Position numbers and translations under genes: made by a program. A DNA stretch of 64,000 bases from Hydrolagus colliei. Taxonomy: Eukaryota. This document shows, one piece after another, positions 11,613 to 25,056 of this stretch. The notes under the pieces were generated by a model. That model searched no databases. It saw only the letters and a list, made by a program, of their open reading frames with translations, and had not been told where the DNA came from. The first letter of the stretch is position 1, and every line of letters starts with the position of its first letter. Where the stretch lies: assembly GCA_035084275.1 (NCBI GenBank), contig CM068750.1:11532001-11596000 (forward strand), written 5' to 3'.

Positions 11613-13427
11613 TTACTTATATGTTAGATTTGTTACTTTCTGTAAGAGCTGCTGCATTAGACTGGTATTACCCACAAGGTCATCAGAAATAAATTAGTTA
11701 CAAACAATGAATGATTTATCTTGCTCATATTGGATTCTTTTTGGTTTTAATTATGTTGCCCTTAAATCGGAAAAGGTTTGCAAAATGTGGAGTGAAAATG
11801 GATGTTTAAGGCAATAATTAAATTAATCTTTTTCGATCTCTCAGTGTCATTCATGTTGCTTCAGTACCTAGACATAATAATTCTTACATTTGACATATGT
11901 TGAAGGTGCATAAACAACGAGTTAGGAGCAGATATCCTAAAGATTTAATTTCAGGGACTTTAGATTGGGTGTCTACAGTTAAGTGCCAAAATATTTTATT
12001 GCACCAAGTCTTTGTGAATTTTGCTTTATGAATTATCCAGAATGGCATGTCTATAGTATTATTTAGAAGGGCCTCAATTTTTACTAAATTCAAACATGAG
12101 GATGAGGGGAATAACTTCTATGTGCAAGAGAAGTTGTACCATGAGTTTATTGTTTGCTGTCCTGAATATGGGTTGTAAATACCCTGGGGATAGATTTAAT
12201 GAATACTGATGAAACTCTCAAGAAAGGCACACAAGAAAGTCTTGCTGAAAACACAGAGTTAATTGAGTAAAGGATTAAGTGAGGAGTCTGTGAGAATGAA
12301 TTTGATGGTTTTGGAGAGAGGGCCTGCAAGGCTGAGATGCTCTCCAGATTTCCATCAAGTTGATGAAATAAGTAGTATGAAGAAGCCTTTGGAGTGTGGA
12401 GTACCATTTATTGTGCATTGTTTTGATTCTATTAACAATGGTTATAGTTTCCTGTAAGGTGTTGTCTCGCTTTCACAACTGGCAGTTTTCACTGATTTAA
12501 AAGAACAGTTTCATGCATAGTTAATATGGGATTAGAGACTTCAAGGTTACTAGCTACAGCCCACGTAGATTCAACAAAGCAGCAGAAATGAGCCTGAGAG
12601 CAGAGACTGGGAGAATGATGTGAAATATGCCTCTAATACTTTATGTATTTCCTGACCATTTGACAAACCAATACCATATTTCCAAACAATATGTCGTTCT
12701 CAAATAACAGACCGTGTCCCAATCCATGTTTCTTAACAAAAAGAATCAAAGTGTGTCTTCATAGCAGTGGCTGCACCTTGTGTTACCTACCTGCCATCTG
12801 AACATCCGTGCCTCAAAGAGAAATAATTATTTTCCCTTTTCCTCTGATGGATGGACTGAAATTGATATCAATTAACCAAGGAGTGTTTAACTGAATCCCT
12901 ATTTTTGTCACCATCTACTGTCAATTAAAATGAAATAGCTTTTGACAATCACTCCTGCTACCATACCTGAGCCATGGTTCTGCATGTGGACTTGCTTGTC
13001 CTCCCAATAGCCAGTTTCGTAATCCGAATCTGGTGGGATGACAGTGTCCATCGTGCAAATTAGCAGCAAACCAGATGAACACAAATCAAACCGTTATCCT
13101 CCATTAATTATGAGGGTATTGGGAGTTTGATGCCCTCCGTGGTGTCCAAGTGGGAAGGTTGAGTTTGCAAATATTGTACTGCTATGTTCCTATGTGGTCT
13201 GTTCCTAACCTCATCTGTGCAATTAGGAGTGGAGGTTCCTATCAGCGATCAGGTATGTCTGCTGAGAGGCAGTCTATGGTGAATCATGGAGAGAAATATA
13301 AATGTCTTATACACGTGTCTATTTCTATCTACATCATCTGCCCCTCCCCCTGGCTCGACATTGTGCTCCACTATCAAGCGCTCTGGGACACTACCCTGCG
13401 TGAGAGGCGTGACATTTGTTATACAGT

Positions 13428-13720
13428 GGAGTCCTGCAGCTCAGAGTACTTGCCTTGCAAGTGAGAGACATGGGTTCAATTCCAGTAAGGGTGAAACCTT
13501 CGGCAAATTTCCTTATTCTACACGCCAAATAATTATCCCTCAAAAACAGAATGGTCATTACACTCCATGACTGTTTATGGGACACTGTGGTGCGTGATTG
13601 GCTGCTGCATTTTGCCCATAAATATACAGTCAATTCACTTTATAGTATATGCTGTGAAGTGCTTTGAGAATCTAGAAGATATAAAAAGCGCAATATGAAA
13701 TGCAAGGATTATTATTATTA
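13428..13720 (+). mobile_element. tRNA-derived SINE, (ATT)n tail
   Basis: Homologous over its full length to 11331-11612 and 48702-48956. Preceded by an L2 3' end at about 13335-13420. Confidence 0.9.
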
Positions 13721-15516
13721 CTGTGGTGCTTAAAAGAAGAAATTGATTTGCTCCAAAGTACGAAAAGTGATTTTTAAAAATTCTCAAGTGCTCTGGAACT
13801 TGGAAATCTCAAGACTACATTCTCAAAAACGAGAGCTCCTTCTAACTGAAATGGAGAGCAGAATGCAGCTATATTTCAGCATACAAATGAGTTTCTAATG
13901 GTTGTAGGCAAAAAAGGGTTTAACCCTCACCCCCACAGAATAAACCAAACTCCCTCTGGTTGCCACAACAAACGCTGCTAGTAAAGCTTTAAGGGTTAAG
14001 AGTCAATTATCTTTTTAATGAAAGTTACAAAACCTTGTGTCTGGTCCCTCAGGGAGACATGCAGTGAAGCTGTTAAACCAACTTTCACCCCCCAAAAGGG
14101 AAAACGATCTGATTTGTCAAGAAATAGATATCTCTAAAATAGCCCAGCATTACCCAGATGGAACATGCCTAGTAGGCTGAAGAAGCATTTAAAAAACACA
14201 TGTGTTAGCTTCCCTAAGGGAACCTCGTGGGAATAGCATGATAGTTCCATACGTCTTTGTTTCCCTGCCTCAACCAATCTAAAAATTTTAATGTGTGCCC
14301 TCTAGTTACATTTTCCCCATAATACAGCCGAAGATGCTGCAATGGTGCATGAAACATTGATGGCGGGAAGAAAGAAGCAATCCACACTCCCGTGAAAAAC
14401 CTTCCCTTGCTACAACATTACTCATGCATGTGTCAGAGACCGTGTTAAAGAAGTCGTAAGAATTTGGCATTGAGAAGTGGACTAGATTATGGCGGCAATA
14501 ATGGGCTATTTGTTCGGCACCAAAGCAGCAGACAGAACAGATCTGCACAGGTGCTATTGTTCTGCTTTGTTGTTTGATTCTGGCAGGTCATCCTGTCTGT
14601 ACCCTTGCTTCAAGGTGGTAAATTTATGCTATATAATCTGTTGCTTGTATGTAAAATATATCCCTGGTTATACTAAGATAAACACGAATCACCGTTGAGA
14701 GAAATGTATGTGGCGAGGAAGAAAAATCTCATTTTCTGCTTGAGGTGCAGGAAAGTATTATAGTTTCTTTTGGTCTCAGAGATTCATTCTAATTTAATTC
14801 TCTGTCTTTTCTAAATAAACACTCTTAAAACCTTTTTCATCCTTGGGAATAAGGATGATAGGGGTAATCAATATTTCCAGCATTTTAATTAAAACCGTTA
14901 GTGGAATAAATCCATTTAATTATCCGTTAATGAAATACAAGGTCATTTACCTGACAGGAACTTTGAAAGTGGATTATTAGTTAGAAAAAACAAACGGACT
15001 CTATGTCAGAACCATTTAACTTCTGTCAGATTTAAGGTTAGGAAAAAAGTTTCAAAGACGTTTTTAATTTTTATGTCAGAATTTTCAGTTTATTTTTTAA
15101 CTGCAAAAGAAGTGCAATCAACAGCTGAAAATGCTAAAACACTGCCACGGAAAGATAGAGTTTCAAATACATTATAAAGCTTTATCTATTGAATGTTATT
15201 TTTCATGATGAGAACTAAATTCTCAAAAGACTCTGGGTGTTAAACTGTTAAATTGGGCCCGACGTTTTCGCTTTTAAAAGGCTGTACATATTGTGAATGA
15301 ATGTACAGTACCACAATAAAAAAGACATTTGATACAGTATCACTTGTACAATACCGTACACCTGTAGTATGTGTATATACTTGCGTCAGAATTTTACACT
15401 GAAGCAGAGTCACTTCATAATGGTATGTCTTACCATAGCCAGGAATATTCAGTTTGTCTGTATACAACATTTGGGTGTTAAATGTCTGTCTAATCTTGGA
15501 TGTCGCCCAGAAAATT

Positions 15517-15574
15517 TCTGTGAGGCGTCTCACTATGTAGTAAGGCGCCATATCAAATGTAAGGATTATTATTA
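15517..15574 (+). mobile_element. SINE 3' tail fragment
   Basis: CTGTGAGGCGTCTC..GGCGCCATATCAAATGTAAGGATTATTATT. Confidence 0.6.
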
Positions 15575-18329
15575 TGTTGAACATACATGTTAGACATTTT
15601 GAACGCAGTTTCCTCAGGTTTTGTACGAGCTTGACTTCATCACTCAGTTTTCCTAGTCAATGAAGTGTGTGTTTCTATACCAGTTCACACACTGATCCTC
15701 ACGGTTGTTCTTTTGTCTTTCTCATTACCAGATATTGAAATCAATTTCCTTCTATTACTCTCCCTACTAACTCACTGGAAGCATTTAAAATCAATGACTT
15801 TCACTATCTCTGTTCTAATACTCTTTCCCTAGACATTCATTTATTCTGCAATAACCTGATAAATTTGGCCTATTATGAGGAGGAAAAGGATTTTCAGTAA
15901 CATTCATGGAACTGCAGTATGTTTAAGGTGTGGGACTGTGAATCTGTATAATTTTATGATTCTTGTAATATTTAAATAGTGCAATATTCTACACTTAAAT
16001 GTTGTAGTCATTTTTTAAATGCTGACAGCTTTTTTATTTTAAAATGTGTAGTATAATTTTACAATGCATTAAGTGTTTTTCAAAATACAAAAATGGTTTG
16101 GATTATTACATTTTATATATGTGCTGCAAAATCAATTTGGACTTTAATGCAAAATTGTCTTGCGTTCTAATAAAGAGTGGCACCAGTTAGGAGCAAGGAC
16201 CAGGATATTTGCATTTATGGATTCTTACTAACTCTTGCAAATGCATTCTTAAGTTCTCAGTAGCCACAACAAATCTCTTTGCCAATTTAAAATATAATTT
16301 GAGAAATATAATTTATTTTTTTTCCCCGGTACACTCTCAGCTTGAACATTTTAGCTGTGACATTAAGATCAGCTTTTTACATGTCATCTAATGCCTTGCT
16401 AATTAAGGTTTGCATGTTCATTAAAGCTTAGGCCAATGTTAATTACATATATTAATGGAATCTTGTGTAACACCTGCCTAAAGCGATGGCCTTTAATCTT
16501 CAAAATATCTCAATTGAGGCTCTACTTGTTATGAGTTTTCCATAATTTGAATCCAGCACATAGGCATATAGTTTCTCCATCTTCTTTTGCATATTTTTTT
16601 CCTATGCATATATTAAACACATGTTTTGTAATTTTTAAATCCTGAAGAATTTATTAATGCTTGTCACTGGAGGCACTGATTTTTTTTTATCTCTCTCCAC
16701 AAAATATATACGTTACAATGTCCAGCTGTTTCTGATACAGTGCTTTCCTGTTTGCTTAACTCCTATGGAGTTCCTTCAAATGCTTCAGTGTTAGGTTAAA
16801 AGAGGAATGAAGACTTTGTAGTCATTATTTCTATCTGCACAGAGGCAGAAAACATTTAGAATTTCATTATTGTTTTATTCAAAACAGTTGGACAGGAAAA
16901 TCCTTGATCATTACGTCTGTCTGCTATAGTGCACAGGAAAGGAGCTGCTGTTATGCTTTTATTTGGTTTCAAACCACAAATTGAAAGATTATTTTGAGCA
17001 TATGTTTTCTTCCATTGAATTGAAACGGTTTTCCATTTACTCCTGAAAATTGTGGCTTTAGATTTTGTCTTCCTGTTGGTAATTGCAAAGCTGATACTTT
17101 TATGTATGTTTCCATCAACTGTGAGGATTGAATTATTTAATGTTAAGAAGAATATTTGTAATTATTGACGAGCCTTGTAAGAGTATACTTAACGATACAA
17201 TTGACTGACAATCACTGTAATCTTCAATGATGTATGAATGATTGATGTTTACATATGCTATCAGCAGAGTACATGTTAGAGCTTACAGCAATCAGAAAAT
17301 TCATTGTGAGCATACAGAGCAGGGTATGAATAGGAAATGATAATGGGTTCCTACTGGCAATGCTTTACATACCTATTCTGATTGACAGAATACCCAACAG
17401 AGAATCCACAAGAGACCTCCAGTTCAGGAACTTTCTTGCAGATAGTAAATTGGTGTTGGCATGCACACAAAATAAATGACATGATTCAGCAGATTTCAAA
17501 TCTGAACCTAAAACTCTGGAGACAGAAGTAAATATTCATCAAACAGTTGAACTTTAGATTGATTTTATTTTGCATCGGCAGCACTCTGTTAGTTTTAAGC
17601 CAACCTCGGAAATCAGGAATCCCAGTGCAGTGGATGTGACCCAGATGTGTTGTTTTTTTTCTTCTTCTGTGTGCGATTCTCTTTGAAATAAGGATATGGT
17701 GCTGTACAGTCTCGTTTGTGCATTCCTCAACAGCGAGCCAGGAATCTGTAGCCTTTGGGTAACCGTTGCTCTGAACTTCAGTACTTGAATACTTAGCACT
17801 TTGACACACATTTGCATCATGCACACAAGTTCAAAAAAGTCTGGAGGAAGGTGGGGGGGAAAGGGTGGATAAAAGATTTCTATAGCTACAATGAGGAATG
17901 GAAAGAGTGAAGCAAGGAGCATTAAAGATGAACATTTTTTTTAAGAGGTGAACACTGTTTGGCATCACCCTTCTGTTTTTCTTGAGACTACAAGCCAATA
18001 ATTGGGCGGACGGAAAGTCTGCCGTATTTCATTTCCCTCAATCTTGTGCTGATCTATCTACATTGTTAAATTATTCCAATACAAGGTCGCATGCTGTCAT
18101 TCCACTCCATTCGCACGTAGTACACAAGCAATGAGCATATAAAACATTTTTGTCATGGCATTTCTTCATAGTTGTAATGGTAACAAAAATAATTTTGTCT
18201 TAAAATTCCTTCATTTAATCTGTCCTCCTGACAAAATACCATATTAGATAAGGAGTAAAGGAGTTATTTGTAGAACTAAAAAATGTTGAATGGTTCCATA
18301 AGCATTACCCTTTTTGAGAGGTTAAAACA

Positions 18330-18930
18330 TCACACAATTGCTCTTTCTTCAGGAATGCACCTGGTTGTCTTTTTGAACCCATTTGTACTGTCTTTTGGTG
18401 TGGCTTCAACAAGCCAATTGCCCATTGAGTTTAAAGGTTCTGCTTTACTTTCCTTCTTACTACTAACATCTTAATTTGTAACTTATGTTTCACTGTATGA
18501 ACAATTTGCCTGGCTCTTGCATTCTATCTCTCAATCTTCTCTTTTCCAAATAAAACAAGCCTCATTTCCTTAACCTTTGTAACGTAAATTCCTAGAACCT
18601 GGTATCATCTTGGTTGTTTGCCTATGTACTCTCTCAAGGATACTAATAACCTTCCTGTTAGGTGAAAATGACATCATAGAATATTTCAGATGAAGTCTGA
18701 CTTGTGTTATTTTTTACAATGAACATTGTCGGTTCTTTTAATTGATACTCTATCCTATGTTAATATAATCCAGTATCTTTACAAACAAACAGTAGGCTGT
18801 TTCATAGAGTTATTCACATTAAATCCTCAAGCTCTTTCTGGCCAGCATGCACTCTAGTTAGTCCATTTAACATGTGCTCCTTCACTAATTATTCTTCACA
18901 TTGAATCACTTCTGGCAACAAGCTAAGTCA
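18330..18930 (-). mobile_element. Decayed CR1-type LINE fragment
   Basis: CTCAATCTTCTCTTTTCCAAATAAAACAAGCC..CCTGGTATCATCTTGGTTG..TGTACTCTCTCAAGG..ATATTTCAGATGAAGTCTGAC is typical of antisense CR1 RT C-terminal sequence. Boundaries approximate. Confidence 0.6.
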
Positions 18931-20432
18931 GTCACACTATCACCACTTATTCAGAATTAAACACTCTGTAAACCATTCTGGTTTGATCATAATAGTAAAT
19001 AACAGCCTTTTATATATGCAAATATGTTTTTGCTGCAGTGTATTTTTTATTGATGTGCAATATAAAAGCTAGTATATTTTGTGGGAAATTGTTGTGCAGG
19101 AATAGCACCCTATAGCGGGCTGGTTCAATATTACATTTAGGAAAATGTGAAAAATAACGACATTTTCCAGATAGGAGATTTCCTTTCAAGTCAGTGGTAG
19201 GAGATTGGTGGACGTACTGACCCGTCTGCATATGGACTGTTAACAAGTGCTCCATGTCTTCGCAATCCAAATCAAGCGCCAAAAGGAAAGGAGGGAAAGC
19301 TAAAGAGGCTCTACCACCTGCACACACTTTCCATGCAGATACAAGTTATTGAGGGAGGTTTACCTGCCCACTTTTCTCATTTTAGAGATAATCCAACGGC
19401 ATTGGAAGAAAACCTAGTAAATACAGGAATTAAAATCACAAATGTATACACTCCAGTACTTTTGGAAACCATTGTTTAACAATAAAAACTGAGCTTGTTG
19501 CCAACTGTGCAGTAGAGAATGAGACATCAGCATTTCATGCTGAAACATCATTGATATTTTCAAGTAGGTTAGTACCTCAGTGATATTTATTGAGGTTTTG
19601 TTGACTTGCCTCAATAGATTTTGCATTTAAGTTGAAAACTGCTTCAGCCATGCCATGGGAGTTTAGGATGGAAGTACTGAATTACTCCAGGAAATGATAA
19701 TTTAATTCCAAAGTGAACAATGGTTATGGAATGCACTCTGACTGAACTGAGAATGCTAATGAATGCTATTGGGGAAATATTTGTGGTCTGAAGCCAGATT
19801 AAACTGCACAGAAATGAAACTGAACGGAAAACATTCTATGTAAAATATTAATGACTGTGGAAGGAGCTGGGATAACCTGCAAAATTCCGTCCTAGATGAC
19901 AAGGTGATAGTTGCAGATTGCTTTTGCCTGTAAATTGCAACAATCAGGCTATGCAAGCAAGCTGTGCTGATGGAATTAAGTGATCTAAGCCCTTGACACC
20001 CTAGTGGCATAAAGTTGAATGAATAGCATTGTAATACCAACCATCTGAGCAAAATACTGACATTGCAAAACCACTCCTACACTTTGGCTTGACTTGACCT
20101 TTGAGACTCAAAATTGCTAAGCAATCTTAATCGCTAACCCATTGCATACTGCATTTCATTTGCATCTTGCAAAGTGAAAATTAGTTTTGTTCTCCAATGT
20201 TCTACAAAAATGATAGAGTTGAGTAACATGTGAGGGATTGAAAATCTATAACTTAGGTCTTGGAAAATCAAAGTGTAATTTTATTTGATACACAGTAATA
20301 TCTACTTGCAAGTGCAATCTTCCAAGGAGAGTTTCTGAACACGTTTTACTAGAGTTTGGTCTAACCAAGAACGTTGTGAACTGTGATGAATATTGCACTG
20401 TTTATTATTGCTATTTACACTTCTATTTCTAG

Positions 20433-20581
20433 GGTGAGATACAGCTTATCAATTTGGAAACCAGACGAGATGCTGTGGAACAGATGTCATTGAAGTTGTA
20501 TAGTGAACAGTACACAAGCAGCAACAAACGTACACAGGAGTTTGCTGCATTGTCAAAAGTCAGCCGTGTAGGTAGTAACAG
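20433..20581 (+). CDS. AKAP6: AKAP6 internal coding exon A (149 bp, phase 0 to 2): GEIQLINLETRRDAVEQMSLKLYSEQYTSSNKRTQEFAALSKVSRVGSN
   Basis: Acceptor TTCTATTTCTAG|, donor CAG|GTAAGG. DAVEQMSLKLYSEQYTS matches vertebrate AKAP6 as recalled. The split codon AG+C (Ser) joins exon B in frame. Not in the ORF track. Confidence 0.93.
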
Positions 20582-22067
20582 GTAAGGAATTTAGTGAGTA
20601 AGTTTGAGGGTATATATGTTCAATACTTTCTCAATCATTCATCTCATGAGCTACATCACATAACTCCAACATTGCATAATACTGTATTATGTGACCAATA
20701 CGTCCGGCGTGGAGGGTGTTATATAAATCAAAGTTGTTGTTATTTATAATATGCTAACCAGAATCTGTGGGTTTCCAAAATTTGCCGTTTCCTCTATAAG
20801 CACCTGATATCTGATCTACATTGTACTGTCAGTTATTGCACCTCCAAGGTAAAACAAGGGTTTACACAAAGAGCTTCTGATCTCAGCTGTGCTGTCAGGT
20901 AGAAGCTGCAAATGAAAGATTGAGAGACCTTAAGTACAGTACTGTAGATCCACTCTACTCGGGAATTATTCCTGGTGGCTGCGTACATACAATATTGAGA
21001 AATAATTAAATAATAATAAATAATATTGCGCTTCATTACATCATTTCAAAAGTTTCTTTTTTCAGGAAAGACGTGGGGGCAGAGGGTGGGGGGAAGGCAA
21101 GTTCTTTTTTAAAAAACGGTAATTTAAAATTAATACCTTTTCATTTCAAGTGCCATACAAAACAAGCTTATTCTTCTGCTGGTTCTAATCATTGGTAATG
21201 CTGAGGTTCCAATGTAATCCTACTGCTTTCATTGACATTAATCTTAATTTCATAAGAATATAGGATAATATTCCATATTAGTAATGGAACATGCTTTCAC
21301 CTCTTTGAGGCCAAATGATTTTTAAATGGATAGCTTTAAAGTTCATTGTTATGAACTTAATCTGGATGAAAGCATTAATCAGAATATGTGCAACTGACCA
21401 AATTTGATTATCCCCCATTCTTAAAAAATAGTCTCCCTGTAGCTTCTAACGCTACACAGAGTATTCATTTGGCACACAGGTAGACATAGTGTGGACTAGT
21501 GGTAAATGCTCAGTGTAGTAAATGGTGCTGCATTGTGAGGGTGTGTGGTGGTTAGTATTTCTATTAAAATGGGGGTCAGCAGCCGATGACCCAAATCTAT
21601 ATTTTTCTCCCATTTTTTAAATATGGAAAGTGATCATACCCGTTACAGCTTTGATTGGAAGTTCAAAAGCACATTCATGCAATTGAATTTGGAATCAAAC
21701 CTAATTCATGTGATACAACTTGGAATTAATTCATGTGATACAACATGTGCAATTAATTTGGGTGCTCAGGTCACAAACATCATGCAGTCTTTGAGGCTGT
21801 GTGAATTTACTAATTGTTTTGGAATGAGTTGTCAAAAAGATTAAAATCCAATGTCAGGAGTAACTGCAATATGTGCATTTTCTAGGTGCAACTGACTTAG
21901 AAGCTAAATCTCTTCATAAATCTAAATGTAATGGTTTAGTTTACTTGGATGGAATCTGCAGAAGAATGTTTGAAGCTCATCAGTTGAACTATTATGAATA
22001 TACTGTATATTTAGATGTCAAATCCAGAAAATCAGCTCTATTGTTTATTTGGTCCAAACTTTTTTGG

Positions 22068-22171
22068 GCCCACAAAATACGCAATGAATCCACTTCACAG
22101 TATATAATGTGAAGCACTTTAAGACGTTTCAATGATAAGGAGATTTATCAAATGGAAGAATTATTATTATT
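22068..22171 (+). mobile_element. SINE 3' fragment, (ATT)n-tailed family
   Basis: GCCCACAAAATAC..CACTTCACAGTATATAATGTGAAGCACTTTAAGACG..ATCAAATGGAAGAATTATTATT. Confidence 0.75.
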
Positions 22172-23325
22172 TTTATTATCACCTTGATTGCAGCAGAAAT
22201 TATTATTTTGTTTGTCTTTGAGTGAACTTGTTCCTACACGGCAACATTTATTTTATTTTTGACAAAGCTGGACCCGAACCAGCCACTGGAACGTCTGTTT
22301 AAACATGGCGTGAAATCATTTCTGTAGAAGTTTCCTTTCCATTAACTATCAAGGAGGGACATGGTTCTGAACTCCTGCCAGATTTTGCTAGTTAATTTTT
22401 GTTAAGGATCATTCAGTTTGCAGTGCTGTTGATGAACATCAATGTCAGGAATGACATTTCAATAAATCTGAAGAACTGTGCTTTATCTTGTTGATGACTG
22501 CACTTTTCACGATTATTACCTCTTACTGCATCAGACTGCTGAAGCTGAATTATAAGATGGAGACTTCGCTTAACTCGGGTTCTGTGCTTTGAACTGAACA
22601 CCACTTTAATCCTTTTAAGCTCCTCATTCTAATGATTTATTTAGCTGAAAAGCGTAATGATCTCCCTTTGAATTTTAATGATTACTGTCTTTTTGAGAAT
22701 TCCACATTTTGACTTTTTGGCCTCACCTTTGCATCTAACATGTCTATGGGGAGCACCTGTCTAGTGCAGCATCCAGCCCTTTTGAGTGGCTTGGCATAAG
22801 CATTCATGCCCAACTAAAATGTGTCTGATACACTTTCATCTTCTTATAAAACCTTTGGCTGCAGGTTTACCTTGGGTGCTGTTGTCCCTTTTGTGCAGCT
22901 GACACATATCTTTCTCATTGAGGCAACACTGAAAATGGCTCAGTTGAAATGACAAAAAAAAAAGCTAAAATGGATTAAGAATAAGAAATCAGCATCGATG
23001 CTGTTCTTTGTCGATTTTACCTTCTGTTGTGTTTTGTTTTATTTCTATACTTTTTTTTGCTAAAAATGGCGAAACAATGGTTTTGACTCTGCTCGTTGGT
23101 ATCATTTAATCATACTGTTTATTTTCCCACTCTGGCACATTATTACCTTTTGTTATTAATCTTGTTGTGCTATCTGCTTATATTAGAATTTAATGATATC
23201 TTACTGAGTAGTTTCAAGTTTTAATTTTCTCTCTAACAAGCAATTAAATTTTCAAGTCATTGTTCATTCAGGAATATATATTTTATTTATATAATGCATA
23301 ATGCATTTTTAATTCTACTTTCCAG

Positions 23326-23446
23326 CCTTCTGGACTTTGAATCAGAGCACCAGGAGCTCTGGGATTGGCTGATTGACATGGAATCCATAGTGATGGACAG
23401 CCATGACCTGATGATGTCAGAAGAGCAGCAGCAGCATCTTTACAAG
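23326..23446 (+). CDS. AKAP6: AKAP6 coding exon B (121 bp, phase 2 to 0): LLDFESEHQELWDWLIDMESIVMDSHDLMMSEEQQQHLYK, start of a spectrin repeat
   Basis: Acceptor CTACTTTCCAG|, donor AAG|GTTAGA. Peptide is nearly identical to recalled AKAP6 (ELWDWLIDMES.VMDSHDLMMSEEQQQHLYK). Confidence 0.96.
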
Positions 23447-24989
23447 GTTAGAGCCTATGTTACTGTCTTTACGTGGATATAGAAAATCTGATTAGCCTGA
23501 CAAGTCTCTCGCTCTCAGAGGACATCTTGACGTTCATTGTATATATCATGGTGCCTATTAGAATTCCCTTCCCTGTCCCCAACTTCATTTCCATCTCCTG
23601 CGTGCCAGCAGACAGTGCAGACATCATAATTGCCAAAGAGTTTCCTTTATCACATTCTATTAAGTTTAATTTTACAAAGGAATGAAGAAATGTTCTCGTG
23701 GAAGGGTAGAAAGAGAAAGGAGAGATGGGATTAAAAAATAGACTGAAACAAAATGAATAGTCAATGGGAGTCAGAGCTCTACTTTTCAGCATGTGTTTTT
23801 ATTTGAGGTTTCATATAGATTAGTCTGTCCTTCAGAAGCTCAAAGAATGAAATTTGCTTTGAGTCTTGGTTCGTTGCTGCCTGGACACCAGACTATTTTC
23901 AATGCATTTTTATTGGTAATAGGTAAAGCAGCCTTTATTGCTTTTTGTCACTATATTTTACACATGATTAAAACTAATATTTTGTACTCTAATGGTACAG
24001 TAATTTAAATTCCCTCAAATGAGAAATGTTCCTATTCTGTTACACAGTCTATTAAATGCACTGCTTTGTATCATATTCCTTTATTATTTTATTGACACAG
24101 AATCTCAAAGCTTATAGTGTAGATCTGATAGTATTTTAAAACCGAGCTGGAGTAATATGTCAAAGCATTTCAGGGGTTATTTTCAGCAGAACTCCACAGC
24201 AGTAAATCTGCCTCGTTTAGGCTATTTTTTATTGTTGTAATTCTGACAGTTGTCATCCCTGAATTGCTTTGAACATATGGCACATTTCAAAGAGCAGATT
24301 GTGAATCGTAAAGAAAAAAAATTAATAACCGCCATCAGAATTGACAACAGGATAATGACAAGAAACAACCACCCTCTGGCTCTTTCTGTAATTTTTCATT
24401 TTATACAAGAAATGGAAATTCAAGGTCAAACACAAGCCTATCTCTCTCTTTGTGAATGGCTTCATCGGAAGTTATTGTCACCTTTAAGACTGGTACAGGG
24501 AGGAATATTTTAACACTGGATGTGTGCAATGCTCGTGATGGTAACAGAGGGAGCTCAAACCCTAATCTGTCACGTTGTTAGCAAGGGATGAATGCAGATA
24601 ATGTCAATTTGGTGTATGGGAGAGGAGGAAGAGTAGGCTGAGAGATAAGGCACAATCATTTTACATGTGTATAGAAATATACGGTAAGGATAATGCACCA
24701 GTTGCATGAACAAAATGGGTGAGATGAAAAGGGAGCTGTGAGTGCAAGGCACATGTATATTTTCCAGGAGAGAACTCGATACATGAAAAGATTATTTTTG
24801 TGGCAAGGTTGTTAGGTGCAAATAATTTTTGTATTCTTTGATGTTCGTAAAAAAGCATACCATAAAAGCAGGTGTCTCCTCTCAATGTAGATACTGTACT
24901 ATGCTGTTGTGGGCAAACATGCACAAGCTTCTGAAAGCAACTTTTATGGAGTTTAAGCAAGCCCTCAGCAGTATAAAGCCTGTCTAAAT

Positions 24990-25056
24990 CAGCGCCTCAG
25001 GACATCTTCCCGACGTGAAAGGTGCTAAACAAATGTAATTTTGTTGTTGTTGTTGT
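24990..25056 (+). mobile_element. L2 LINE 3' tail
   Basis: AGCGCCTCAGGACATCTTCCCGACGTGAAAGGTGCTAAACAAATGTAATTT(TGT)n. Confidence 0.7.

Noticed and set aside
1-20432. Further upstream AKAP6 coding exons
   Set aside because: I found no match to the expected preceding peptide (..QWKELQRQIKRQHSWIL..), so this is treated as intron. A small exon could have been missed by eye.
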